Shown here in pieces: positions 13,264 to 25,712 of a stretch of 64,000 nt of DNA. Within the stretch, counting starts at the first letter, position 1. Each line of letters starts with the position of its first letter. The stretch is taken from NCBI GenBank assembly GCA_951406725.2, contig OX597831.1, forward strand, positions 17,484,001-17,548,000, in the 5' to 3' direction. Position numbers and translations under genes: made by a program. Below the pieces are notes generated by a model, which had not been told where the DNA came from, did not search any database, and saw nothing but the letters and a program-made list of their open reading frames with translations. The DNA comes from Octopus vulgaris (Eukaryota).

Positions 13264-13914
13264 GAAGAATATTATGATGAAAACATGCCAATAAAAACTT
13301 GCTGTGGCTTGGAGGATGAAAAAGAGGTAGAAAAAGAAATATAATATTATTTGAACTCAAATTAAATGGTATAACGAGACGAATATTTTTGGAGAAACCT
13401 CTGTCTAAAAATATTAAACAAAGACGTATTATGATTTTTTTTACATTCCTATTAATTTTTATTATTCTCTTTAATTCGTACTTATCAAACTATGTACATA
13501 TTAATACTGTATTAAACTAATAAAATGGGCACTCATTAAAAATATTAATTATTAAATATTTAATACGATAAAAACATTTAATAAAAATGATTTAAAAATA
13601 TATATTTTTTGTGGTCTATATGCTGCTATCTACCCTCTATGAATTTTCGGATAGATACAATTTCTAACATTGAAGAAAACATCAAAACATATATAATAGA
13701 TGGGATCTTTTTCGGCTATATAGATAAATACATTTAATTATATTATTAGTAGTGTTACATGCATTAAATATGACTTGTCGAAAAAAAAATTGCGGGAGCA
13801 ATATCATAGCATAGTCTTATTTATTGAACCTGGATAAGTACAGAATAGCATTTCATCCTGGAAAAGAGCAAGATCAAAGTGCAGTTCTATATCTAAGTGA
13901 TGGGAATTATGTGT

Positions 13915-14065
13915 ATTATTTACATTATTTATATTTGACGGTTATTTGTCCTCATGTTGTGTGCTGTTAACACAACGTTTCGGCTGATATACCCCCCAGC
14001 CTTCATCAGGTATCTTAGGGAAACTTCGGGCCCGGGTTCTCATACCTATGGTATCTTTTATGTTA
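13915..14065 (-). mobile_element. SINE 3' half with an intact minimal type-I hammerhead-like motif (13,969-14,015)
   Basis: The reverse complement reads GATAC-CTGATGA-A-GGCTG-loop-CAGCC-GAAA-CGTT-GTGTT. Confidence 0.7.
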
Positions 14066-14067
14066 TC

Positions 14068-14285
<218 letters not shown>

Positions 14286-14286
14286 A

Positions 14287-15062
14287 TCACGCTTTTCTTT
14301 TTGTGGACTTGCAAAACCCTAAAACTTTCTATGAAAATCTGACTTTTCTTTGCTTCCTCCCAGAATATTCAAATATAAATGTAAACATATACTCTTTATT
14401 GCAAAACACACCTGTTCTCTAACTGGACATACAAACATCTCTAGAGGGGTCAACTTCAACCTCCACAATATTACCTTGCACGAAATATACAAACACTTTT
14501 TATTGCAATAACACAAACGCACATGGAAAAAAATAATGATGCTAAGATTCTCTCTGGTCGAACACAGCTTCTCTATTCAGAAATAATACAGAACAGCCCT
14601 TCAAAATAAGTTAAGAAGTTTTACAAATTTACATATCTACAGTTTTCAATCATACATTCGACCAGCTTTAAAAACTTTGATACCCACAATTGCCTCTGTA
14701 AACATCCTTTTTTTTTCTTCTCTCTAAAAACATCACGCTTTTCTTTTTTTTCTTTTTGTGGACTTACAAAACCCTAAAACTTTCTATGAAAATCTGACTT
14801 TTCTTTGCTTCCTCCCTGAATATTCAAATATAAATGTAAACATATACTTTTTATTGTAAAAACACACCTGTTCTTCTAACTGGACATACAAACATCTCTA
14901 GAGGGGTCAACTTCAACCTCCACAATATTACCTTACAGGAAATATACAAACACTTTTTATTGCAATAACACAAACGCACGTGGAAAAAAAAAATGATGAT
15001 GCTACGATTCTCTCTGGTCGAACACAACTTCTCTATTCACAAACAATACAGAACCGCCCTTC
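14287..15062. repeat. Tandem direct duplication of a ~315-bp unknown sequence (14,287-14,600 and 14,733-15,062)
   Basis: Both copies start tcacgcttttcttttt..gtggactt.caaaaccctaaaac and end aatacagaac.gccct. The block is absent from A2. Confidence 0.85.
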
Positions 15063-15419
15063 CTTAATTTTTCTTAAGCCTAATAGTAGTAAACATCTGA
15101 ACTTTTTTTGACCGATAGGACCGCACCTAGAGAAAAAAAAAAAAAAAAAAAGACAGTCAGCCAGCCAACCTCCAAGCCAGCCAACGAGACAGACAGACAC
15201 TACTGTGATGGTGATAATGATAAAAAAAAAACAAAAATAACAATAATAAGATACTGCTGTGACTACACATAAAACAATATCTTTGATGATGATGGTGGTG
15301 ATGGTGATGGTGATGATGATAATGATGATGGTAATGGTGGCGATAATGATGATAGTGATGGTAATGGTGATGATAATAACAATAATAAGCCGACTACGGC
15401 TGCTATAATGGTACGATTA

Positions 15420-18400
15420 TAATTGTAACGGCAATGATGGCCGTCTCCCCACGAGCCAATCAAAGCTAAAAAATGATAACATTATCGTAGCACCAAAATG
15501 TTTTTGGAAACTAAAAGGAAAACTAAATCAGTATACCAAATCGCTTGTCCTATGGTTAATTTGGAAGCGCGTCCCCCAGGGAAGAGCCAGCCTGGGATCG
15601 AAAAGTCATCAACTGGCACAAACTCTTCTCCGAATACGGACATGGATGGTCACTTGAACGGGAAATCCCCCAACTCGAGCCCTCCAAGTTCACCACCACA
15701 ACCACCACAGAAAGGAAAATGTAAGCGGAAAAAATGGACCCGAGAAGAGTATAAAGAAGTAATATACGCTTATTACTATGCATTAGGTAGGCCATCTCAA
15801 GAGAGACACACCGCAAACTCTTACAGTATATGGAGAACACGGAATCAAGACAGTAGGCCCTATTTGGAAGAGAACAAATTAGCAAATGTGAGGAGGGATA
15901 TCTTTAGAAATAACAGACTCACAGACAGTGAAATAAGCGCGATCAAGCACGCAACGGAAAATGACATAAATATAAGACACAAAGTAAATGAAGAATCAGA
16001 TGAACAGTATAGCCCGCCACGAGGCTTAATTGAAAGACTGCCATCTAACCAAAGTACGCAAAGGCCTGAAGATACAAGAAATTCTATTGTACCTGTTAAA
16101 GATAGCCAGGAAAACGAAAGAACAACAGTAACTGAAGATCTCGCATTTGCAGAAGAACACAGAGAGTCTATGGCAGAAATGAGGCAGAAAATCCTGAATA
16201 CGCTTGAAGTTGTAAGACATACAAGTATGAATGATAGAGAACCGCTTCATAAACTCTCAAATACAATCCAAAATAAAAAACAAATCCAAATTGGCAACTA
16301 TGTAACAAATGAAATAATACGAGAATTAAAACCTGATTTTACTGAGTTAAATGAAATTATTTACGCTTCTGCTAGGGCAATTGAAACCAGCTGTATGTCC
16401 CCGAAAAAACAAAGAAAACAAAACCTGGGAAGATATCAAACCTGGAGAAGTAAAATTGAAAAAGAGATTGAATTTATGAGAGGGGAAATATCAATATTAA
16501 ATGAACTAATATGTGGAAATGATGTAAGATCCAGAACAGGAAGAAAGATGAAGAGAAAATTTGGATCCTCACAACAGAAGAACTGATATCAATAAAAGAA
16601 ACGCTGAAACAAAAAGTCCAAGCAAAAGCCCAAAGAATACGAAGATTTGAGAATAGAAACAAGTTTTACAAGCAAAATAAGCTGTTCACATCCAATGCCA
16701 AAATATTCTACAGAGAAATAGGGAAGGAGAAAGTAACCGTTAAAGACCCCCCTCACATGGAAGAAGTTCAAAACTTTTGGAAAAGGATTTGGAGTGACAA
16801 GAAGACGTACAACATAAATGCAGACTGGATTATACAAACTGAAGGATCCTACCAACATTTACAACAACAAGCATGGGAAGACATCACAATAGCAGACCCA
16901 AGAAAGGCACTCACGAAGGCCCATAATTGGAAATCCCCCGGTAAAGATAGGGTGCCGAATTTCTTGCTCGCATCGCTCCCGTGCGCACACGTTAAGCTAG
17001 TTCAGCTGCTCAATGGAATTATGAGAGACCCAAAGAAAACACCTGAATGGTAAGCAAGTGGCATTACTTACCTACACCCAAAGAATAACGAAACCAACCT
17101 TCCAAAAAATTATCGGCCTATAACCTGTCTATCCACCACGTATAAAATCCTAACATCTATCCTGGCGGAGAAAACATATGCATTCATGGAGAAGAACGAT
17201 ATTTTCCCCATTGAACAAAAAGGGTGCCGCCGAGGCTCATACGGATGCAAAGATCAACTGCTAATCAATCGTATGATCCTTGAGAACTGTCACAACAAGC
17301 GCAGAAATCTCAGCACCGCATGGATTGACTATAAAAAGGCCTTCGACAGTATACCGCATCCATAGATCTTGAGATCGCTGGACATCTTCAAAATTTCCCC
17401 TGTGATTTCAAACTTCCTGAAGCACAATATGTCGTTGTGGAATACGAATCTCCAATTATACCACTCTAATGGAGTACTTGCCTCAGAAAATATAAACATC
17501 AACTGTGGAATTTTTCAAGGTGACTCACTTTCACCTTTAATATTCTGCATAGCCCTAATACCCCTTACAAGTGAATTAAACAGAACAGGGTATGGGTATA
17601 AAATTGCCAATAAAAAAATAAGCCATCTATTTTATATGGATGAATTAAAACTTTATGGTAAAGACAATAATGAACTTGAAGGCCTATTGCGCACTGTGAA
17701 ATCATTCAGCGATGACATCGGGATGGAGTTTGGACTTTCCAGAAAGGGAAAGTGAAGACCACAAATTCAGTCGTGTTAGATGTTGACACAGTCATAAGAG
17801 AGCTTGAACAAGAACAAACATACAAATATTTAGGGATAAATGAAGGCTATGGTATTCAGCATGCAAGCATGAAAGAGAAAATCAGGAAGGAATGTTATAG
17901 GAGAGTTCGTGCAGTCCTGAAATCTGAACTAAATGCACGTAACAAGGTGTTAGCTATAAATTCCCTAGCAGTTCCAGTTGTTACTTATAGCTACAATGTG
18001 TTGAACTGGAATATGAGTGAAGTAAAGAATATAGATAGAAAAATACGCAAGCTGCTGAGTTGTAATAGGATGCACCACCCAAAGGCAGACGTAGATCGTC
18101 TTTACCTTCCCAGAGCCCAAGGAGGTCGAGGCCTGATCCAATTTGAACTAGCTTACAAAACAACCACAATTGGACTGGCCAAATATCTCGAAATATCGAA
18201 TGACTGGATGCTAAAGCTCGTGGAAAATCACGAGAGACGAAAGAAGCTTCATTCTATCATCAAGGAAAGCAAAAAAATTGCTATTGATCTCGTGCAGGAT
18301 ACCCAAACTGAACAACCCGAGGGAAGTACGGCAACTATTGCTGCAAAGAAGGTGAAAATGATGGCAATGAAAAAAGCGCACGAGCAATTGGCTGATAGGT

Positions 18401-19339
18401 GGGAGGAGAAACCTCTGCACGGCAAATATGTGACCCGCAGCAAACAAGCTGATGTTGACCAGAAGCAAACCCATCAGTGGCTGCGGAGTTCAGGGCTAAA
18501 AGCAGAGAGCGAAGGTTTCATCCTGGCTGCTCAAGACCATAGCCTATCAACCCGGAACTACCAGGCCAATGTGATGAAAAATGGAGCAGACCCAAAATGC
18601 CGATTCTGCAACGACATGATTGAAACAGTGGACCACCTAATCTCTGGATGTAAAGTCTTAGCACCAGTGGAGTATAAATTAAGACATGACAGAGTTGGCC
18701 AATATCTCCACTGGCTAATAAGTCGGCATTACAATATCAAAACTGCCGACAAGTGGTATAATCACCACCCTGAGGCTGTAACTGAAGGAGAAAATGTAAC
18801 CATTCTGTGGGACTTTCCAGTACATACAGACCAAACCATCAAGGCCAATAAACCAGATATTGTTGTGAAAGACCAAAACAATAAAGTTTGCTTATTGATC
18901 GACATGAGCATCCCCTGTGATCATAATATCTCAGTTAAAGAGTTTGACAAGCTCAGAAAATATAAAGACCTACTCATTGAAATTGAGAAAATGTGGCAGC
19001 TCAAGGCGGTTACAATACCAGTGATCGTAGGAGCACTAGGAATGATCAAGAAGGGAACCGAAAATTATATGAGAAAGATCCCTGGCTTACCATCCCTGCA
19101 AGAAGTGCAAAAGATTGTCTTAACTGGTACATCACACGTATTGAGAAGAGCATTGTCGATGTGAGAACTGTTGTTGCTCATGCATTTTAATTTAACTTAA
19201 AAAAAAAAAAAAAAAAATGAACGAACTACTGAGTTTGGTTTAATGGCCTACCAATATACACTATGAGTTTCTTTGCCCTAGGAGTCGGGAAGACACTCGG
19301 CAAGAAATGGAAGAAAATTTGAAAGAAGAAAAGAAAAAG

Positions 19340-19340
<1 letters not shown>
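15420..19340 (+). mobile_element. Near full-length R4/Dong-clade non-LTR retrotransposon (RT plus RLE endonuclease), disabled
   Basis: One long ORF 15,498-19,164 is broken by a frameshift at ~16,570, a stop at 17,051 and a frameshift at ~17,740. RT motifs: NYRPITCL, AWIDYKKAFDS, GIFQGDSLSP, LFYMDE (YMDD mutated). C-terminus: CRFC..ETVDHLISGC, RHD, KPDIVV..LIDMS, KYKDL. The 3' end runs into (TAA)n. Confidence 0.95.
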
Positions 19341-19495
<155 letters not shown>

Positions 19496-19564
19496 TTTAT
19501 AATTTTATATATTCATTGCCTGTAATCTAACTGGGAATCATGGTGTTTGTAGCTCGCGCTCTCT

Positions 19565-19810
19565 GGGCATATGGCGTAGTGTTTAAATGCGCGGGTTACC
19601 AACCCCGAAATTCCAAGTTCGTTTCAAGGCAGTGACCTTAATAATAAGAATAATTACAACATCGTAAAATAACTCAGGAAGAAGAACCCAGGTCCAAAAT
19701 TACTCGCAAGACACCCGATGAATGCTGGAGGGTATATCAGCCGAAACCTTGTCGTATCCACAAACAAAATGAGGACAAAAATCCGTCAAATATGAATAAC
19801 GTAAATAACT
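19565..19810 (+). mobile_element. tRNA-headed SINE with hammerhead-like 3' tail
   Basis: A-box-like TGGCGTAGTG and B-box-like AGTTCG(T/A)TTC, then a short AAT tract, then gacac-CCGATGAA-tgctg..cagcc-GAAA. A2 copy at 63,566-63,811. Confidence 0.75.
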
Positions 19811-20690
19811 TAAACAATATAAGTAGAATTTAGACTGAAAAACTTTCCGCTTACGTTAAAATTTGTGAAATAGATTTCTAAATGTATTTTTTTTAGTGAG
19901 AGCAATGAATTTTTCTAAATATATCTTTTGTTTTGTATTGCAAATTTTAAAAATAATTTCGGATAACATATTTGATATAAACATGTCTTTGTATTGAGCT
20001 AAGAGCTTTCTGGTTTTCAAAAAGTCGAAAATACTTTGCCAGATTAAATTTAAATGATGAAGAGAATCGGACGGTTTTTGTGTTTTGTAAATGGTTTACA
20101 AGCACCTTCCACGCTGCAATTGGATTTGTTTCAGCACACGATCTCCGATCGAGTCACTTGTTATGCAAATACGTTTTGGTTTAGATTTATTGACATATTT
20201 ATGGTACTACGTGACATTCAAGAAGGTTTATCCTTCACAGTGTTATGTCTGTGTGGTTTTGCATTTTGTCTTTTACAGTGGCTAATATTCGGAAGTAACG
20301 GTAGTTGATGGCATTTGCATATCTGCTAATCGTTCTATACATCGAGTGTTATATATGAGTTATCCTTCATTTATTTCAGTGTCACATTTCAGTTTCTCTT
20401 GAGAAATCTTTTCGTCTTATGTTTTTGCTCATTTTTTAACATTTGTGGCATTCGGGATAATAACTTTGTACTCTGTAAATTTCTCCAATCAATTAACTTG
20501 ATATTTTTAATGGGTTGATACGATAAAAATGAAGAACAAATATTTTTCCTTGTTTCTTCTAAGCTTCCAGCCATTTACTCGGGATATTCTTGGCAGGATT
20601 TCTGTATAATGTTACCAGGCTCAGAATTTCGTTTTAACTTCACGAGTGTTTTTTCTCATCGGTTATCAAGTTGTTATCAACGAACACATA

Positions 20691-21972
20691 CGAGGAACGT
20701 TCAATAAGTAATGCCCCTGACCCACTTGCAGTTGTTTGATCTAGCTGAAACATGAGCAATTATTCATATCTCTATAGATTAAGTGGCAAATTACAGCTCT
20801 GAACTAATTGTGGTTTCTGATTCACAGGTGTTTGAACTGAGTCAGGTGTGAAATGGAGCCTATTATGTGTCGAGCAGTGATCCGGTTTTTGTATTTGAAA
20901 GGACGCACACCATGGGAGACTTTTGATGAAATGAAAGTTACTTATGGTGATGATGCCCCATCATATGACCTTGTAAAACGCTGGCATCGTGAATTCAAAC
21001 ATGATCGGAACTCTTTGGAAACAGCTCCCAGATCTGGTCGCCCCCCCTTCTGCCATTGATGAGGCATCTGTCCGTCAAGTTGAGGCTGCCATTTTGGAAG
21101 ATCGACGCATAACTTTTCGCCAAGTAGCCCATGAGGTCAAGATTGGTACCGGGTCTGTGGAAACTATCATTCATGACCATTTGCATATGCAAAACGTGTC
21201 TGCCAGATGGATTCCCAGGTTGCTCAAACCTTTCCAGAAGCAAGAACGCGTCGAGTGCTCGAGGATGAATTTGGAGATGTGCCAAGAAGACGAGTCAAAA
21301 TTTTTCAAAAGGCTGATTACACAGGATGAAACCTGGCTCCATCACGATGACCCAGAGAACAAATCCCAGTCAATGCAGTGGAAGCCCCGTGACTCACCTC
21401 CTCCCAAAGAAGGCAAGGGTGCAGCCCTCCACTGGCAAGGTCATGCTCACAGTCTTCTGGAACCAAAACGGAGTAGTGATGACAGGTTTCCTGGCAAAGG
21501 GTACCACAATTACAGGGGCCTATTATGCTTCACTTTTGAGGAAATTAAGAGAAGCTATCAAAATCAAGAGGTGGGGCAAGATCAGCAAAGGCATCCTCCT
21601 CCTGCAGGACAACGCTCTGGTCCACAACTCGTTTGTCGCCAGATCAGAAGCACAGGCGTGCGGATATGAACTCCTTCCCCTACTCTCCTGACATTGCACC
21701 CTCTGATTTTCACCTCTTCCCAGCCATGAAGTTGTTTTTGAAAGGAAAGCGTTTCCCAGATGATGCAGCCTTGATTTCTGAAGTCACGTCGTGGTTGGAG
21801 GACCAAGCTGGGGTCTTCTACAAAAGCGGTCTCTAGAGCTGCATCAAACGATGGGAGAATTGCGTAACTCTGGGTGGTTCCTATGTAGGAAAAGACTAAT
21901 AACTGTGCCAAATTTCGTTGCTCTACTTCTATGGGAAGTGGGTTAGGGGCATTACTTATTGAACGCCCCTCG
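20691..21972 (+). mobile_element. Complete mariner (DD34D-type) transposon with frameshifted transposase
   Basis: TIRs cgaggaacgttcaataagtaatgcccct / aggggcattacttattgaacgcccctcg, with TA at 20,689-90 and 21,973-74. Motifs WIPRLL, ITQDETW, LLQDNA and YSPDIAPSDFHLF lie across four frames (20,853-21,900). Confidence 0.95.
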
Positions 21973-22599
21973 TAACTATACTGATAATATTGGCTTTCCT
22001 CAAATTGAAAATAAGGTAACATTGTAAATTATTGTCATAAGTAAAGTTATGGACATTCTCCTAATGAAATTGAAACTCTTATTAACAAAATAGTCATGTG
22101 ATACAACGTAAAGACTTTAAAAAATTACGAAGCATTAAAGAAATAGATTTCAGCGTTTACTTCTCCGTTATTCTTACAGCAACTCTCAAATATATATATT
22201 GTAGAATCAATAAAATTACAAATAATGTAAATCGTTATTGCACCATTCTCTTCATTTAGATTTGCATTATTACATTAACGGCAATTACAGTAAGGAGCAG
22301 TGTTTGCATGGACTTCTGAAATGAGAATAGTAAACGTTATATCGATAACAATCTGTATTCCTAAATATGGAAATTGATTGGATATGAAGTTTGTGTCTAT
22401 CGCAAATTTAACGTGCGTTTTCTGAAACAAATATCGATATTTCGTTCGAATATTTCATTCGGTTAAAGTATTGGTTATGGTAGTAGGACACTAATGCATG
22501 AGTAGTAACATGATATCGATTCTCTCATAATAAGGTAATCGTCAGTACTTGTATCGTACAAACTGTCCATTAGAGATGGTTACAAGGTGTAGTCCAGCA

Positions 22600-22906
22600 T
22601 TTACGACGACGATGAACACAGCTGATACGATCAACGGAACAGCTTGCTCCTGACATTAACATGCAAGTGGCTGAGTAATCCACAGACACTTGTACCCTGA
22701 ACGTAGTTCTCATGGAGAATCAGCGTGACACAGAATATGACATGGGTGGCTCTTTAAAATACAGGTACTACTTTGTTTTTGCCAGCTCATTGGACCTAAG
22801 CAAAGTTAAATAAAGTGTCTTGCTCAAGGCCACAACGCGTTGCCGTGAACGGAACTCACCACCTTATGACCGTTAGCCGGTTGCCCAAACCACTAAGCTA
22901 CTCGCT
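22600..22906 (-). mobile_element. tRNA-derived SINE with CORE-like domain
   Basis: The reverse complement starts gcgagTAGCTTAGTGG, has a degenerate B box, then ccttgagcaagacactttattt. Confidence 0.75.
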
Positions 22907-23329
22907 TTCATTGGTGATGGTTATATTTCCCATGAATAATATTTCTATTGCCATTCTAATGGCCCAGGAATTGACAAATAGCGATGGTTGTCTGAGTCAA
23001 ACATATGAAAACTATGACGATGCAATCAATACTACTCTTAGTATAATGCGAGCGCGAAATATGCGGATTTTATTACCCTTTTTTTCAAAATATTTACAGG
23101 GTTTCCCGAATTCTAAGCAGCCGATGACTCGGGCTTTAATCATTACCAATAAATATGGTAAGATATAAAAACTATATATCATTACAAAAGCTTCCGGTGT
23201 CATCATTTAATTTCAGACTGCATATATACAGATTTACAAACTTGATAATGGCTGGAGATAAAAATACAATTATAACCCTCCAAAGAGTCGGCGAATGTAA
23301 TTCAGCGATTGCAAATAAAGATTAAAATC

Positions 23330-24000
23330 AAATTAACAACACTCCCAAAATTTGCCAAAGAATTTTCAAGAGGCTAGTTCCACCTGGGTTCAAACTGGAC
23401 CTGGTCAAATATGAATTGTGCGGACCCCGCAGACTAACAAATGTACCAGGGCAAAGATACTGCGAAATCATCATGATTCCTTCAAACATTTGGCTGCCAA
23501 GTGAAATATAAGCAGAACATCGATATATCGAGTGCTGAGGATCGGCTGAGACGCAATCCCTAGAAGATGATCCGACTGCCATAGCTCATGAAAATATATA
23601 AGGGCATACGACAGCAATGAAGTCGTCTTATCTTGCACGCTGCCTAACTTTTTCACTGATGAAAAGAAATTTGACATCGAATAGGTAGTAAGGTACCAGA
23701 ATGACTGTCGTAAACGATATCTAGTTCTGGCAAGACTAAACTCATAAATGGCATGCTTTGAGCAGATGTGAGAACCAGTGGAATGGCGCCCCTCGTTTCT
23801 GTGCTCTCGACTGTTCGAATTAACGAGAGATTTCCAACACTCTAGTAGCTGAAACCCATCCATGGGCAGATGAATACTTCTAAGGTGCACCTTCCAACAA
23901 GACAGGGCACCATTCCATTTCTCCACACCGACAAAACCCTGGATTCACAAAAACAATTCCGTCGTTCATAGCCAAGGATGTATGACCATTATGAAGATCG
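23330..24000 (+). mobile_element. Decayed Tc1/mariner (maT/DD37D-like) transposase
   Basis: FTDEKKFDIE...YQND and TFQQDRAPFH motifs. A TIR-like end aattaaatttagaacaccctgta lies at ~24,450-24,472. Confidence 0.65.
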
Positions 24001-24269
24001 AAAATCAACCCGTTATATGTTTCTGTTTCGTCCATTTCAGAGACGAAGTTCACTAGCAAACCTCATGTTTTGCTCGACGCTCTGAAGGCGGATCTGCACA
24101 AAGAATTCTCTTCGTTTCCGTATCAAGAACTGCGTCCTGCGTCTGAAGCATTCGCACATAGACTTAAGCCCGTTATTCGAGACAGATGCAGTCATATCTA
24201 AATGCTGTGTCATAATTGTGTTGCATTCACCACTGCATTGCAATGCAAGTAGCGGGAATATAATAATTT

Positions 24270-24417
24270 TTCGCTTGGGCATTCCGTCGAGGTCGTATTT
24301 GCCGTTTTTACTTTGGGGATTCGATAAATTAATTACCACTTACATAATGGGGTAGATCTAATTAACTGGCCCCTTCCCCCAAAATTCGGTCTCCTGCCTA
24401 GAGTCGAAAAGAATATT
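24270..24417 (+). mobile_element. SINE 3' fragment
   Basis: gtcgaggtcgtatttgcc...gataaattaattacca...gggtagatctaattaactggccccttcccccaaaatt; recognised from memory as resembling a common cephalopod SINE body, not checked. Confidence 0.5.
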
Positions 24418-25045
24418 TTGCTATACCAAATAAAAAATAATATTGGTTGAATTAAATTTAGAACACCCTGTATATATTCTAGCTGGTAGTATAACTATTG
24501 CAATAAAATATATATTCCTGAAGCATTAGCTACAAAGACATCACCTACCTTTTCAGCGTTAGATGTTCTGTGCTTCTGAAAAATTCAAAATGTTTTCAAT
24601 GCTAAAATATATGAAGCAATTTATGTGCACGCATACGCGGTTTTGAGGGCCTTAATTCTATCATACAAGGAATGTTATAAAATTATGATGAATATACATT
24701 TTAGTCAACAATTGATTAATAATTGAAAACTTTAGCTGTATGAACGTGTCTTATTATAGAAATCTTATTTCAGGTATCGAACAATAGAGTTGATGAAATA
24801 TAGAGAAAATTCTGCCGTAACGGTTTGGTTGCATTTGGACAGAATTCGGATACATTCAATATCGAAATAAAACGTAACTTACTTGACACATCTTCAATGA
24901 TTTATACATAATTCGACAATCGCGATGCTTGTTTGGAAGATAACACTCGTCGAAGGCTTCGGCAGCACTGTTAATGGAATTTCACTTGGAATTTACTCAT
25001 CGGCTGTTGCTGTATATATGCACTTTTGCTTATAAATATATATAT

Positions 25046-25574
25046 ATACAAATAATAAGAGAGAGTCCACGATGTGTTCACTATAACGCTAGAAATAGAT
25101 CCACAATGGAATCTGCCACTAAAAGATTGTTCTCAAGAATTAATTCAACACGCCAAAAATGTAAGCTAGCAGGACAAATGAAAAATGACGAAAGAATAGA
25201 TTAACTCCATACAATTGTTTCATCGTTAATAGATTATGTAGTTTTATTTACATGAGTATTTTCGAATCATCAGTGAAGTATATCTTTGTTGGACTTCGTT
25301 AGATTTTGGAGTTCGGTTCAGCAAATTATATTTTCGATATACTTCACTGATGATTCGAAAATACTGATGTAAGTAAAACTACATAATCTATTAACGATGA
25401 AACAATTGTATGGAGTTAATCTATTCTTTCGTTATTTTTCATTTGTCCTGCTCGCTTACATTTTTGCGTGTTGAATTAATTCTTGAGAACAATCTTTTAG
25501 TGGCAGATTCCCTTTGCGGATCTATTTCTAGCGTTATAGTGACCACATGGTGGGCTCTCTCTTACTATTTGTAT
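25046..25574. repeat. Foldback element: ~239-bp inverted arms (25,046-25,284 and 25,336-25,574) with a 51-bp loop
   Basis: The arms are reverse complements with only scattered mismatches. Confidence 0.93.
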
Positions 25575-25671
25575 TAACAATTTTTACTGTATCCCAATTT
25601 TTTTATACGCTTGTTGTTTTTAAATTGAAGTTATTAATTAATATTCAATTTTTTTCACCGTTATAATGATC

Positions 25672-25712
<41 letters not shown>

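Noticed and set aside
19565-19635. tRNA gene (also rc 22,830-22,906)
   Set aside because: Only degenerate A/B boxes are present with no full cloverleaf, and they are attached to SINE bodies.
20201-20301. Signal-peptide-like MVLRDIQEGLSFTVLCLCGFAFCLLQWLIFGSNG with a possible donor
   Set aside because: It lies in a repeat whose homolog at ~2,030-2,105 is inverted and does not keep this frame.
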